Source: a virus
Lineage: Duplodnaviria > Heunggongvirae > Uroviricota > Caudoviricetes
DNA length: 64,000 bases
Virus record (IMG/VR): IMGVR_UViG_3300032155_000026
Coordinates: 12,916 to 76,915 of that record
Strand: one strand, 5' to 3'
Below, one piece after another: positions 36,127 to 45,037 of the stretch. The position numbers were made by a program, and so were the translations under genes. How positions within the stretch are numbered: the first letter of the stretch is position 1; each line of letters opens with the position of its first letter. The notes beneath the pieces were generated by a model. The model searched no databases. It was given only the letters and a program-made list of their open reading frames with translations, and had not been told where the DNA came from.

Positions 36127-36472
36127 TGGTCTGAACGACATGCGGTGCCGGTACTGCGGTCATGCCGTGGGGCACGAAAAGGGCTGTCCCTACCCCACGA
36201 TCACGTCGATCGAGGACGGGGAGGCCGTTCAGGAATGGGCAAAGCGGCAGTGGGCGCGTGCCGAGCGGAGCGAGGCCGAGGCGGAGGAGCTCCGCATGGC
36301 CAAGCACAGCACGGGACAGGCGCTCGTGTTCGCCGTGGAAGAACGCGAACGTCTTCTCAAGCAGCGGGAGGCACTGCTGGCTCTGATCGCGGACGGGCCT
36401 GGTGAAGAAGACGGGCCCTGGGCGCCCGGCTGGGAAGAGCGGGCCGGCATCCCGCGTAAGGAGGTCATATGA
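36119..36472 (+). CDS. hypothetical zinc-ribbon protein
   Basis: MRCRYCGH...GCPYP. Confidence 0.5.
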   Translation: MSDGLNDMRCRYCGHAVGHEKGCPYPTITSIEDGEAVQEWAKRQWARAERSEAEAEELRMAKHSTGQALVFAVEERERLLKQREALLALIADGPGEEDGPWAPGWEERAGIPRKEVI

Positions 36473-36921
36473 GCGGCGGACATTGGGACCACCGCCAGTA
36501 CGGGATGACGTCGTTCCTGCAAGACGCCGCCGACGACGAGACCGTGATCGAGCGCTTCCCCAAGCTGGCGAAGCTCCTGGGCGAGCTCGGCGACGCGCTC
36601 GGGAAGGTCGCGCATGACCTCGACTGGGACCTGAGCGGCGACACGCTCATCAAGGACGACGTCGCGTTCGAGCAGGCAGCACTGGATAGCCTGCGTATGG
36701 TGCTGGACGACTCCCGCCACGATGCGGAAGAGCCGTACGCGTACTTCGTCCGGGAGCTCCGAGAAGAGCGCAGGAATTGCGTCATGTGCGGAGGTTGCGA
36801 GGCTGTGCTGCACACGGAGCACGTCATCGAGCACAACGCCGGCAGGGGCGCCGACGAGACGATCGAATGCCCGACATGTCGTGCCCAGTACGAGATGTAC
36901 TGGCTGCGCTGCCTGGATTAG
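36469..36921 (+). CDS. hypothetical protein with C-terminal 4-Cys zinc-binding motif
   Basis: CVMCGGCE...CPTCRAQ. Confidence 0.55.
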   Translation: MSGGHWDHRQYGMTSFLQDAADDETVIERFPKLAKLLGELGDALGKVAHDLDWDLSGDTLIKDDVAFEQAALDSLRMVLDDSRHDAEEPYAYFVRELREERRNCVMCGGCEAVLHTEHVIEHNAGRGADETIECPTCRAQYEMYWLRCLD

Positions 36922-36934
36922 AAGGAGGGGGGGC

Positions 36935-37120
36935 ATGCTTTTAGAGATTTTCGGGATCATCGGAATAATGGCCTCCATCGTGGCCGTCGTCGGCCTCATC
37001 CTCGGCATAGGCGCGTGTGCCGCGGAGAGCGTTGCCATTCGGAACGGTGGATTCATACACAACGGGATGTGGTACAGTGTGCGGGCCGAGCCGCGGACGC
37101 CCAAAGGGCCGGAGGAGTAA
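36935..37120 (+). CDS. small membrane protein
   Basis: GGAGGGGGGGC-ATG. TM helix FGIIGIMASIVAVVGLILGIGA. Confidence 0.35.
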   Translation: MLLEIFGIIGIMASIVAVVGLILGIGACAAESVAIRNGGFIHNGMWYSVRAEPRTPKGPEE

Positions 37121-37122
37121 CA

Positions 37123-37503
37123 GTGGCCAAGAAGACGCTGAGGGATCTGAAGGCGATCGCCCTGGATCTCTACAAGGAAAAGATCCTCACGAGTCAGCAG
37201 GTTCCGCCGGAGGTGCTTCAGACCGTGTTCCTCCCGCTCGCGCTGTGTGACAAGGCGGCGCTGACCAAGATGCGCAAGCGTGGAATCGTCGTCCTTTACG
37301 AGTACCTGGACAAGGCCGGGCCTTTGTACGTCAACGGCTACCCGACTTTCGCCTCCTGCCACGGGCTGACCAAGAAGGAATGGGACACAGTGCTGGCCGA
37401 GCACGAGAAGATTTTGCGGAAGGTCGAGCCGGTCAGGTACGTCGAGATCCTCGAGAAAAGACACCTGGCGAAGTTAGGAGGTGCGCAATGCGTGGATGGA
37501 TAG
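37123..37503 (+). CDS. hypothetical protein
   Basis: GTG after GGAGGAGTAACA. Confidence 0.45.
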   Translation: MAKKTLRDLKAIALDLYKEKILTSQQVPPEVLQTVFLPLALCDKAALTKMRKRGIVVLYEYLDKAGPLYVNGYPTFASCHGLTKKEWDTVLAEHEKILRKVEPVRYVEILEKRHLAKLGGAQCVDG

Positions 37504-37829
37504 GCGTCGACCTGGACGGGACGCTGGCCGAGTACGACAGGTGGGCTGGCCCGGAGCACATTGGCCCGCCGGTCCCCCAGATGGTCAACCGAGTGCGCCA
37601 GTGGCTGGCCGACGGTGCTGATGTGCGCGTGTTCACGGCGCGCGTCTGGCACGACGGCACCCCCACGAGGGTGCACGAGGCGATGGTGGCCGAGCAGGCC
37701 ATCCAGGCGTGGTGCGCGCAGCACGTCGGCAAGGTGCTGCCCGTCACGTGCACGAAGGATTTCGGGATGATCGTCTTGTACGACGACCGCTGCGTTCGGG
37801 TCGAGAAGAACACTGGGAGGTTGCTGTGA
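37488..37829 (+). CDS. small protein with HAD-like motif I (VDLDGTL)
   Basis: ATG after GGAGGTGCGCA; DxDGT motif at the N-terminus. Confidence 0.4.
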   Translation: MRGWIGVDLDGTLAEYDRWAGPEHIGPPVPQMVNRVRQWLADGADVRVFTARVWHDGTPTRVHEAMVAEQAIQAWCAQHVGKVLPVTCTKDFGMIVLYDDRCVRVEKNTGRLL

Positions 37830-38032
37830 TGCTGTATGCTGTAGCCCTGCACGTGACCGAAAAAACGGATACGGGAAATCGAGAGCAGATCCTGCTCAAC
37901 TTCGTTGAGGCGTCGTCCCCCGAGGAGGCGGTCGGCCTGTCCATTTGTTCGGACAGGGTGATCGGCGTCATCGGCGCCGTGAAGGCCAAGAGCGTTCCTG
38001 GGCAGACTGACTCGGCGGCCACGGAGCTTTAA
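37829..38032 (+). CDS. hypothetical protein
   Basis: GTGATG overlap start. Confidence 0.35.
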   Translation: MLYAVALHVTEKTDTGNREQILLNFVEASSPEEAVGLSICSDRVIGVIGAVKAKSVPGQTDSAATEL

Positions 38033-38043
38033 TCGGTGCAATC
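38024..38043. repeat. palindrome copy 12, 20-bp perfect
   Basis: Between the TAA at 38022 and ATG 38065. Confidence 0.9.
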
Positions 38044-38064
38044 GATTGCACCGCTGGAGGGAGC

Positions 38065-38451
38065 ATGTCTAAGGGAATTCGTCTGCATCCGAAGTTTGGG
38101 TTGAACCCGACCATGCCCGTGTGTTTCTTCTGCGGGCGGGACACCGGCGAGGTCGCCCTGCTCGGGGCCGCGTATCACGGCGAGGCACCCACGAAGATGG
38201 TGCTCGACAAGAGGCCGTGCGCCGCGTGCGAGAAAGAGTGGGAGGCGAGCATCGCCTTGATCGAGGCCCGCCGGATCAACGGCGAGATCGACCCGACAGG
38301 TCGTGTGGTCGTGGTCACGCGCGAGGCTGCGACACGCATCTTACGTCAGCCGCTCCTGGACGACGTGCTTAGTGTCGGAAAGGCCCTGCTCGAGCCCGCG
38401 GCTTTCGAGGAGCTGTTTGGCGCACACCTTGCCGAAGCGTCCGTGCAGTAA
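38065..38451 (+). CDS. zinc-ribbon protein
   Basis: GGAGGGAGC-ATG; CFFCGR...CAACEKEW. Confidence 0.5.
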   Translation: MSKGIRLHPKFGLNPTMPVCFFCGRDTGEVALLGAAYHGEAPTKMVLDKRPCAACEKEWEASIALIEARRINGEIDPTGRVVVVTREAATRILRQPLLDDVLSVGKALLEPAAFEELFGAHLAEASVQ

Positions 38452-38518
38452 CGCTTTCGTTTGTCGTCCTGGCGCTTTTTCGCTATTCTTCATTCAGGTG
38501 GAAGAAGGAGCCAAGCAA

Positions 38519-38799
38519 TGAAGAAGGTCGTCTGCATCCTGGTGGCGGTGCTGGTACTCGCCACCAACGCGCTGGCCGGAAAGGACTGCTGGAAGGTCAC
38601 GGACCCAGACAAGCGCGCCCTCTGCGAAGGGGCTACGGTGCGTCCGAAGAAGACCCCGCAAGCCGGTGGTTCGTGCTGGAAGATCATGGACCATGACCTG
38701 CGCGCCTTGTGCGAAGGGAAGTGCTGGAAGATCAACGACTGGGATCTTCGGATGTCCTGTCGTGGCATGACCGACGAAGAGGAACCCGTGGATGAATAG
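38519..38799 (+). CDS. secreted small protein with three CWK(V/I)xDxDxRAxCEG repeats
   Basis: Signal peptide MKKVVCILVAVLVLATNALAG; GAAGGAG RBS. Confidence 0.5.
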
Positions 38800-39486
38800 G
38801 CTCTGCGAGGTCTGTCAGCGTCCCTGACCGACGAAGAGGCGAAGCATCCGCGACGACGCTACCACAGCGGTTGCGCAGAACCGGCCTGCCGAGAGCGCAA
38901 GGTCGGGAGTTACAAAGCCAGGGACCGCACGGCGTCGTCAGTGGCCCGCGTTCGCAAGACGGCCGAGACGGTTGGGGCGAAGCGTGCCCAGACGTGGAGC
39001 GTCGAGAGATCCCTTCCCAGAGATGACGATCCACGGGTTGCCGGCGCTCCACGCGTGGAACAACCCGTTTTACGGCTGACGAATCGTTCTTTGACGTGCT
39101 TATTGCTGTGGAGGTCGCGTATGTGGAGAATCCCGGCCTATGCGTGGTGTCCGCGAAAGCTCGGCACCCCTCGAGTCGACGGTGGGCGGCCCGGAGACCG
39201 CTCGGGGCAGGTCTGCGGCACCTGTATCCCGAGCGCCTGACCTCCGGCGCATACCGGGGAGCCGCACCGAACGGTCCGGCTCCCACCTCCACAGCGATCA
39301 GCGCGTTGCTCCTTGTTCTTTCTCCGCATGTCGGCCTCGTGGAAGGACACGATGAACCGATAAAGTCGCAAGCGTGTTGACTCGGATGGGCGGCCAGCCC
39401 GTAACGGTAGGCGCAGCGTGGCGTCTGCGGCCTTTGCGACAGCCGGTACTCAAGCCCGGCCCGGCATGCGGAGAAGGAACAAATTT

Positions 39487-39563
39487 CGGGGTGTAGGTCA
39501 GCCTGGAAGACCGCCTGCTTTGGGAGCAGGACGCCGGAGGTTCAAATCCTCTCGCCCCGACCA
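39487..39563 (+). tRNA. tRNA-Pro (anticodon UGG)
   Basis: Cloverleaf folded by hand. 7-bp acceptor stem with one G-U, D-stem GGTC/GACC, anticodon stem CCTGC/GCAGG, loop TTTGGGA. T-arm GGAGG-TTCAAAT-CCTCT; discriminator A plus CCA. Confidence 0.85.
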
Positions 39564-39775
39564 CTTGAGGTTCTGTGCTCGAAAGAGCTGGTTACGCTAC
39601 AGGGCGGTAGCTGCAGCCGACGTTGACGGCAAAGCGCGTGACGCTGGCCCGAGTTTGATCTGCTACTGCCTCCCAGGTGTCGGGAAAAGGCGAAGTCGAG
39701 TGACGCTCGACATGCTCCGAATGCTGCTAGGGCAGAAAGCCGGGACTGACGCGAGACACCGCAGAGCCAAACTGA

Positions 39776-39982
39776 ATGGCGGAGTCTATGGGCAATGGAG
39801 AGACCAGAACGCTGTACGTGTGCGCGGACGGGATCGAGGGCCTGCTGGAGACGGGCCTGGCCAGGTCGGTGGGGAACGGGTGTTTCGTGCTCACGTCGAA
39901 AGGGCGCAAGACGCTCGAGGACGTGATCAGCGACCACAAGACCGGGCAGCTTCGCCCGGAAGCCGCGACTGTCGGCGGCTAA
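39776..39982 (+). CDS. small hypothetical protein
   Basis: Track ORF; weak RBS. Confidence 0.3.
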   Translation: MAESMGNGETRTLYVCADGIEGLLETGLARSVGNGCFVLTSKGRKTLEDVISDHKTGQLRPEAATVGG

Positions 39983-40002
39983 CCGCAAGAGAAGGAGGGC
40001 TT

Positions 40003-40215
40003 ATGCGAATCAGGGTGGTTATCGATGCGGCGTTCGAAGTGGAGACGCCGGAGGCCATGATGCAGGTCAGCGCTGACCTCGACGAGGCTGTGAGCAAGCT
40101 GCGCAGTCGCGGGACCGTGTCGACGTCGTTCAGGCAGTGGCGGGCCCGCCTCGCCGATGACGTCGACGCGGAGGGCGGCACCGAGTCCGACCAGACGCCG
40201 GTGGAGGTGCAGTGA
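40003..40215 (+). CDS. small acidic hypothetical protein
   Basis: GAAGGAGGGCTT-ATG. Confidence 0.4.
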   Translation: MRIRVVIDAAFEVETPEAMMQVSADLDEAVSKLRSRGTVSTSFRQWRARLADDVDAEGGTESDQTPVEVQ

Positions 40216-40460
40216 TGCGGCTCTACTACATGTGCCTGCTGCTCGGACTGTTCCTGCTCGTTTCGTTCGGCGTCATCATCCCGCACGGCGTGTCCGCGAA
40301 CGACACGCTGGCCGTGGCCGTGACCGGGGCCTACATGCTGTTCGTCGTCCCGTGGGTGGGCTGGCGTGGCGTCCGCCGTATCCACCAGGAGTGGAAAAAC
40401 CGCAACCGCCCTGTGACGCAGGTCACTGGGGAAGATCCGAAGGAGGGTTCCCATGCGTAA
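40212..40460 (+). CDS. NfeD-like small membrane protein (partner of SPFH)
   Basis: Two TM helices; translationally coupled to the SPFH gene. Confidence 0.45.
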   Translation: MMRLYYMCLLLGLFLLVSFGVIIPHGVSANDTLAVAVTGAYMLFVVPWVGWRGVRRIHQEWKNRNRPVTQVTGEDPKEGSHA

Positions 40461-41307
40461 GATCCTGAGCCTCTGCATCCTGGCGCTCCTGCTGCTGGCC
40501 CTGGGGGCCTGCTCCCGTGTCGAGCCCGGCTACGTCGGCGTGAAGGTCAACCTGCTCGGCGGCGCCAAGGGCGTGGACCACGAGGTTCTCGGCACCGGTC
40601 GCTACTGGATCGGCTTCAACGAGCAACTGTTCCTGTTCCCGGTGTTCACGCAGCAGCACGTCTGGACCAAGGACAAGACCGAAGGGAGTCCGACCGACGA
40701 GTCCATGACCTTCCAGACCTCCGAGGGCCTGTCCGTGAACACCGACCTCGGCATCGCCTACAAGATCAGGCCGGATATGGTCGCCGTCGTGTTCCAGAAG
40801 TACCGCAAGGGCGTGGAAGAAATCACCAGCGTGTACCTGCGGAACATGGTGCGCGACGCGTTCAACAGCGCAGCGTCCACGCGCAAGGTCGAGTCCGTGT
40901 ACGGGGCCGGAAGGGCCGAGCTCCTGGCCGAGGTCGAGCGGCTGGTCCGTGCCCAGGCCGATCCCATCGGCATCGAGGTCGAGCGCATCTGGTGGGTGAA
41001 CGAGCTGCGACTGCCGGGCGCGGTGATCGCGCAGATCAACGGGAAGATCGCGGCCACGCAGGAGGCCGAGAAGCGCGAGAACGAAGTCCGCATGGTCATG
41101 GCCGAGGCGAGCAAGGCCAGGGAGAAGGCTCGCGGCGAGGCTGACGCCATTCTGCTGCGTGCCAAGGCCGAGGCCGACGCGAACCTCATGGTCGCGAAGT
41201 CGCTGACCCCGGAACTGGTCCACTACAGAACCATCGAGCGCTGGTCGGGTCAGTTGCCCCAGGTCACCGGGAGCGGGGTGCCGTTGATCAACCTCGGGCA
41301 GAAGTAA
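40453..41307 (+). CDS. SPFH/band-7 (prohibitin/HflKC-like) lipoprotein
   Basis: Lipobox LALGAC. SPFH domain pattern (VGVKVNLLGG...GRYWIGFNEQLFLFPVFTQQ), coiled-coil C-terminus. Confidence 0.7.
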   Translation: MRKILSLCILALLLLALGACSRVEPGYVGVKVNLLGGAKGVDHEVLGTGRYWIGFNEQLFLFPVFTQQHVWTKDKTEGSPTDESMTFQTSEGLSVNTDLGIAYKIRPDMVAVVFQKYRKGVEEITSVYLRNMVRDAFNSAASTRKVESVYGAGRAELLAEVERLVRAQADPIGIEVERIWWVNELRLPGAVIAQINGKIAATQEAEKRENEVRMVMAEASKAREKARGEADAILLRAKAEADANLMVAKSLTPELVHYRTIERWSGQLPQVTGSGVPLINLGQK

Positions 41308-41328
41308 CGCGCCGCGGCGCACATGGAG

Positions 41329-41352
41329 GCCGGTGCAATCGATTGCACCGGC
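41329..41352. repeat. palindrome copy 13, 24-bp perfect, with U-tract (terminator)
   Basis: After the SPFH gene. Confidence 0.9.
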
Positions 41353-41364
41353 TTCTTTGTTTGT
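41329..41364 (+). terminator. rho-independent terminator built on the 24-bp palindrome copy
   Basis: GCCGGTGCAATCGATTGCACCGGC followed by TTCTTTGTTTGT. Confidence 0.7.
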
Positions 41365-41414
41365 ACGCACCCTGGCCGCCGTGGTAGACTTAACGCAAAG
41401 TCCGGAGGGCATAC

Positions 41415-41798
41415 ATGCTGAGCGAACACACTGTCGAGAATTTCAACACGCTGGTCAGAGCGGCTGCCAATGGAGACGTGGCGTTGCTGGATGCCTATGA
41501 CGTCACGCTGGGGCGCGCACAGCCCGTCATAGCAGCAGCCACCAGGGAAGACTCCGGCGAGGTGACGTTCGTGCCGTTCGCGCTGCTCCTCGACGAGAAC
41601 CCCTACGTGAGGCTGCGCCCGCCGGCCGTGGGAACCGGTCAGCCCTATGAAGTTGAGTGTGCCGCCTGCAAGGACCGAGGGTTCCTGATAGTGAATAACT
41701 CTGGGCGTCTTCGGGTGGCCCGGTGCGCGGTCTGTGCCATGTTCGATTCCGACGGCGTGGCGGAACAGGCCGTGCTGGCCTCGCTGGCCGACTTTTGA
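41415..41798 (+). CDS. hypothetical protein
   Basis: GGAGGGCATAC-ATG. Confidence 0.5.
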   Translation: MLSEHTVENFNTLVRAAANGDVALLDAYDVTLGRAQPVIAAATREDSGEVTFVPFALLLDENPYVRLRPPAVGTGQPYEVECAACKDRGFLIVNNSGRLRVARCAVCAMFDSDGVAEQAVLASLADF

Positions 41799-41808
41799 GG
41801 ATTGCGCG

Positions 41809-42084
41809 ATGGACATCGGCGAACTGCTCGACGGGTACCAGGACAAGGCTGGCCGCACCACGATCCTCCGCAAGGGTGTGGTGGTCGCCACGACCGAGCG
41901 TGCCATCCTCTTTTTCGATGACGAGTCCGTGACCGAATTCTGGGTGTCCAGGAAGATGATCTGCGACTGGCGGTTCGTCGAGGACGGGACCAGACAGGGT
42001 CTGGCCGATCGTCACCTGGCGCGCAACGACGAGATTGAGCTGCTCATTCCGAAGTGGTTGGCACGGAAAGAAGGGTTGATCTGA
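41809..42084 (+). CDS. hypothetical protein
   Basis: ATG 41809 in track frame. Confidence 0.45.
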   Translation: MDIGELLDGYQDKAGRTTILRKGVVVATTERAILFFDDESVTEFWVSRKMICDWRFVEDGTRQGLADRHLARNDEIELLIPKWLARKEGLI

Positions 42085-42100
42085 GCAGCGGGCGTGCTCC

Positions 42101-42137
42101 AGAAAGAAAAAAGGGCCCCAGGTGCGAACTGGGGCCC
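42101..42137 (-). terminator. intrinsic-terminator-like hairpin oriented for minus-strand transcripts
   Basis: GGGCCCCAG-gtgcgaa-CTGGGGCCC with A-tract on the + side, i.e. a U-tract on the minus strand. Confidence 0.4.
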
Positions 42138-42260
42138 CGGCCGCGGGGAGGGCGTTTCCGCAGCCTGTGGTGGAGTGGAGGTGAGCCGCCACCACCCTGA
42201 TGGGACCCCCTCCCCGCTAAAACGTCAAGTACACGGGCGCTTTACGCCCGCCTTCGAGTT

Positions 42261-42288
42261 TTGAGCCCGCGAGCATCCCCTCTATACT
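42261..42288 (+). promoter_or_regulatory. sigma70-like promoter (TTGAGC-N16-TATACT), family-c repeat
   Basis: GAGTTTTGAGC context as at 24155. Confidence 0.45.
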
Positions 42289-42349
42289 GGTCTTGGTGGC
42301 CGAGGCTCCATACGAGGCCCTACGCACGCCTAGACAGGGTCTATGAGAC

Positions 42350-42697
42350 ATGTCTGATCAGGAGGAGATGATGGGAGAGCGTGACAAGCAAATTTCGGTC
42401 GTACTGTTGTGGGGAGAGGAGGCGTTCCGCATCCTCTGTGATCTGCGGCGTCGAACCGGCGAGGACCTGAAAAAGTTGGCAGCCGCCGTCGAGATCTACG
42501 TGTTCGACACGGAGGCCGCCGCAGAGGCATTTCGGCAGGGGATCTGCGCCGCGCGCACGCGAGAGGACGTCTTCGAGCTGTCGAGCGTGCAGTACAACTG
42601 CGTGGCGACAGCGTTGCGCGTGGCTGGCAGGAAGGGGGCGGTGCACAGGCAAGAGACCCTTCCGAGTGACATAGACCGCCTGCCCGTCGGCAGGTAG
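42350..42697 (+). CDS. hypothetical protein
   Basis: CAGGAGGAG-ATG. Confidence 0.5.
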   Translation: MSDQEEMMGERDKQISVVLLWGEEAFRILCDLRRRTGEDLKKLAAAVEIYVFDTEAAAEAFRQGICAARTREDVFELSSVQYNCVATALRVAGRKGAVHRQETLPSDIDRLPVGR

Positions 42698-42709
42698 GAA
42701 AAACCCCAC

Positions 42710-42738
42710 TTGCGCGTGGGAGGGGCGGTGTGTATAAA
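42710..42738 (+). promoter_or_regulatory. sigma70-like promoter (TTGCGC-N17-TATAAA)
   Basis: Immediately upstream of the MazG gene. ATG 42741 sits too close to the -10, so 42762 is preferred as the start. Confidence 0.45.
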
Positions 42739-42761
42739 ATATGCGCCGCGCGGAGAAGAAG

Positions 42762-43106
42762 ATGAGGCTGTCCGATTATCAGCGGGGCGCGACGGAGACA
42801 GCGGTGTACCCCGAACAGGGAAACGTCGGTGGGTTGATGTACGCCGCGCTCGGCTTGGCTGGGGAGGCTGGTGAGATCGCGAACAAGGTGAAGAAGGTGT
42901 TCCGTGACGGAGCGACCGACTCGCCGGACAAACGTGCGGAGCGCATGCTGGAGTTGCAGAAAGAGCTCGGGGACGTCCTGTGGTACGTGGCGGCGCTGGC
43001 CACCGAGCTCGGCTGCGACCTGGATGCGGTAGCGCGGGGGAATCTCCAGAAGCTGCAGTCGCGCAAGGCTCGCGGCGTGCTCGGGGGGAGCGGAGACGAC
43101 AGATGA
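42762..43106 (+). CDS. MazG-like nucleoside triphosphate pyrophosphohydrolase
   Basis: EAGEIANKVKK and ELGDVLWYVAALATELGCDLD helices typical of MazG/HisE all-alpha NTP-PPases. Confidence 0.7.
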   Translation: MRLSDYQRGATETAVYPEQGNVGGLMYAALGLAGEAGEIANKVKKVFRDGATDSPDKRAERMLELQKELGDVLWYVAALATELGCDLDAVARGNLQKLQSRKARGVLGGSGDDR

Positions 43107-43327
43107 CCAGACCAACAGATTTGAGTGCGCCTGCCGTATTGGGCACCGGCTGGGCGCGTGGCGCTGACAGACCGAACTGTGGGAAGTTCGGTGGCAAGCT
43201 GGTCGAGTTCAAAGAGGTCATGGTTGAACCCGACGTGTTCCGCTACACCGTGACGGTGGAAGTGTCGGCGCACACCGCAGACGCCACCACGTTCGTGCGG
43301 GCGCTACGTTCGATCGGCGTTCTCTAG
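43103..43327 (+). CDS. hypothetical protein
   Basis: ATGA overlap with the mazG-like stop. Confidence 0.4.
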   Translation: MTRPTDLSAPAVLGTGWARGADRPNCGKFGGKLVEFKEVMVEPDVFRYTVTVEVSAHTADATTFVRALRSIGVL

Positions 43328-43421
43328 CGGGGGGTGGGCGGCTCGAAAGGGTCGCCCACTTTTCGTTTTGTCCAGGCCCGCCCGCTGGGTATGCTGTCTT
43401 CAGAAACAAGGAGGTCCAACC

Positions 43422-43868
43422 ATGGAAGAGCATGAGCAGACGCCCGACCCCATGCGTGGAGTCGTCGCGATTGTCCAAGGGCAGGTAGCAGCGGAGCAGA
43501 AGATGCGGGCGCGCCACGCGGCGCTGCGCCGCCTGTCCGACATCCCGATGAGCGCGCAGCAGGCCTCGAAGGAAAAGAACCGACTGCTCGCCGCGGTCGC
43601 CGGCCTCGCAGAGCGCAAGCCCTTCAAGGTGGGCGACGTCGTGTGCTGGAAGCACGACTTGAAAAACTGCGTCGCTCCGCAGCTGGGGCAGCCCGCCGTG
43701 GTCGTTGAGGTTCTCGACCCGCCGCTGCGGATGACCGATCCTGGAATGCACGGGTCCCCGTACTACGGGGAGTGTCTCGACGTGCGTATCGCCCTGGTGC
43801 ACCCGGAAGACGAGATGATCACGGTGTACGCGGCCGAGTCCTGGCGTCTGCAGCACTGGGCCGACTGA
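43422..43868 (+). CDS. hypothetical protein
   Basis: AAGGAGGTCCAACC-ATG. Confidence 0.5.
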   Translation: MEEHEQTPDPMRGVVAIVQGQVAAEQKMRARHAALRRLSDIPMSAQQASKEKNRLLAAVAGLAERKPFKVGDVVCWKHDLKNCVAPQLGQPAVVVEVLDPPLRMTDPGMHGSPYYGECLDVRIALVHPEDEMITVYAAESWRLQHWAD

Positions 43869-43872
43869 TCGT

Positions 43873-43890
43873 GGTGCAACCGATTGCACT
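43873..43890. repeat. palindrome copy 14, variant
   Basis: After the stop at 43868. Confidence 0.8.
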
Positions 43891-43918
43891 GAAGGTCAAG
43901 AGTCTGGAGGAGCTGTCC

Positions 43919-44125
43919 ATGTGGAGCGACCCGCTGTTCTTGAAGGCGATGAAGGTCATGGACTCGTGCCGCACTGACGGGCAGCGCGCCGTGGCCGCCG
44001 AGTATGTCAGGAGGGCGTTCCTGAAAGCAACCGAGAGGGGAGACGGCTCGAAGGCCGCGCGGTTCTGGGCGCGGCAATTCGGGTGGGACGTGATCTCCCC
44101 AAGGAGTCGAAAATGCGCATCATAG
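43919..44125 (+). CDS. small hypothetical protein
   Basis: GGAGGAGCTGTCC-ATG; overlaps the thyX start. Confidence 0.35.
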   Translation: MWSDPLFLKAMKVMDSCRTDGQRAVAAEYVRRAFLKATERGDGSKAARFWARQFGWDVISPRSRKCAS

Positions 44126-44829
44126 ACCAGTCAGCAGAAGTCTTGTCCTTGGAGGATCTGAACCTGGTGGAGGTCGCGGCCAGAACCTGCTACAAATCGG
44201 AAGAGCGGGCTGGGATCAAGACGCTCGAACAGTTCGTGAAGGGGCTGCGTGTCCGCGGACACACGGCCATGCTCGAGTTCGCCACGGCCACGGTGCGTCT
44301 GGTCACGAACCGGGGCGTGACCCACGAACTGGTGCGTCACCGCCTTGCGTCGTACGCGCAGGAGTCGACCCGTTACTGCGATTATGGTGACGGGCACACG
44401 CGGTTCGTCAGGCCTGTGTGGTGCGATGCCACCGCCGCCGAGATGAACCAGGTGCTGGACCTCGCTGTTGCTGGGAAGGTTTCCGGCAACGACTTTCGCG
44501 TCCTCGCCGAGGAGCGCCTGATGGCGACGCCGGACGTGGAGTGGCTGCTCGCCTGCTGGTCGGCGGCCGCGTCCTATGAATACCTGCGCAAGGAGTGCGG
44601 CTGGCGTCCCGAGCAGGCCCGCGAAGTTCTGCCCAACGCGCTCAAGACCGAAATCGTGGTCAAGGCCAACCTGCGCGAGTGGCGGCACATCTTCTCCCTG
44701 CGCGTACTCGGGCGGACTGGCAGGCCCCACCCGCAGATCAGCGCCCTGCTGTCCCCGCTGCTCGAGAGATTCTCGCTCGAGTTTCCTGGGGTGTTCGACG
44801 ACCAGGTCGAGGCGCTCACGCGTCATTGA
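44113..44829 (+). CDS. thyX: flavin-dependent thymidylate synthase ThyX
   Basis: ThyX signature RHRLASYAQESTRY (RHR-x7-S). AAGGAG RBS. Size is right. Confidence 0.8.
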   Translation: MRIIDQSAEVLSLEDLNLVEVAARTCYKSEERAGIKTLEQFVKGLRVRGHTAMLEFATATVRLVTNRGVTHELVRHRLASYAQESTRYCDYGDGHTRFVRPVWCDATAAEMNQVLDLAVAGKVSGNDFRVLAEERLMATPDVEWLLACWSAAASYEYLRKECGWRPEQAREVLPNALKTEIVVKANLREWRHIFSLRVLGRTGRPHPQISALLSPLLERFSLEFPGVFDDQVEALTRH

Positions 44830-44851
44830 CGAGTCAGGACGCCGAGGTCCT

Positions 44852-45037
44852 ATGAGTGCGGGGCCCGGAGTCGCCATGAAAAAGAGTCAGCATGTTTTGA
44901 ACGAGCTGCATGTCTACTGCAGATTGAGGACGTGTAAAATGCCGAAATGGCTGGCGAAATGCCTGGCTGGGCTCTTCGGGTGGGTGACCGAGCCGCTCAT
45001 CTACAACAAGAAGCCGCGGCCGCCCCGCTGGGGGTAG
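44852..45037 (+). CDS. small basic hypothetical protein
   Basis: ATG 44852 in track frame; Cys pairs. Confidence 0.3.
   Translation: MSAGPGVAMKKSQHVLNELHVYCRLRTCKMPKWLAKCLAGLFGWVTEPLIYNKKPRPPRWG

Noticed and set aside
39487-39563. tRNA as evidence of a prophage attachment site or integrase-mediated element
   Set aside because: No integrase or excisionase gene in the window and no direct repeat of the tRNA 3' end found nearby. Kept only as a possibility in the findings.
42741-42761. ATG 42741 as the MazG start
   Set aside because: It lies 3 nt after the -10 hexamer (TATAAA 42733-42738), upstream of the likely transcription start. ATG 42762, preceded by GGAG, is preferred.
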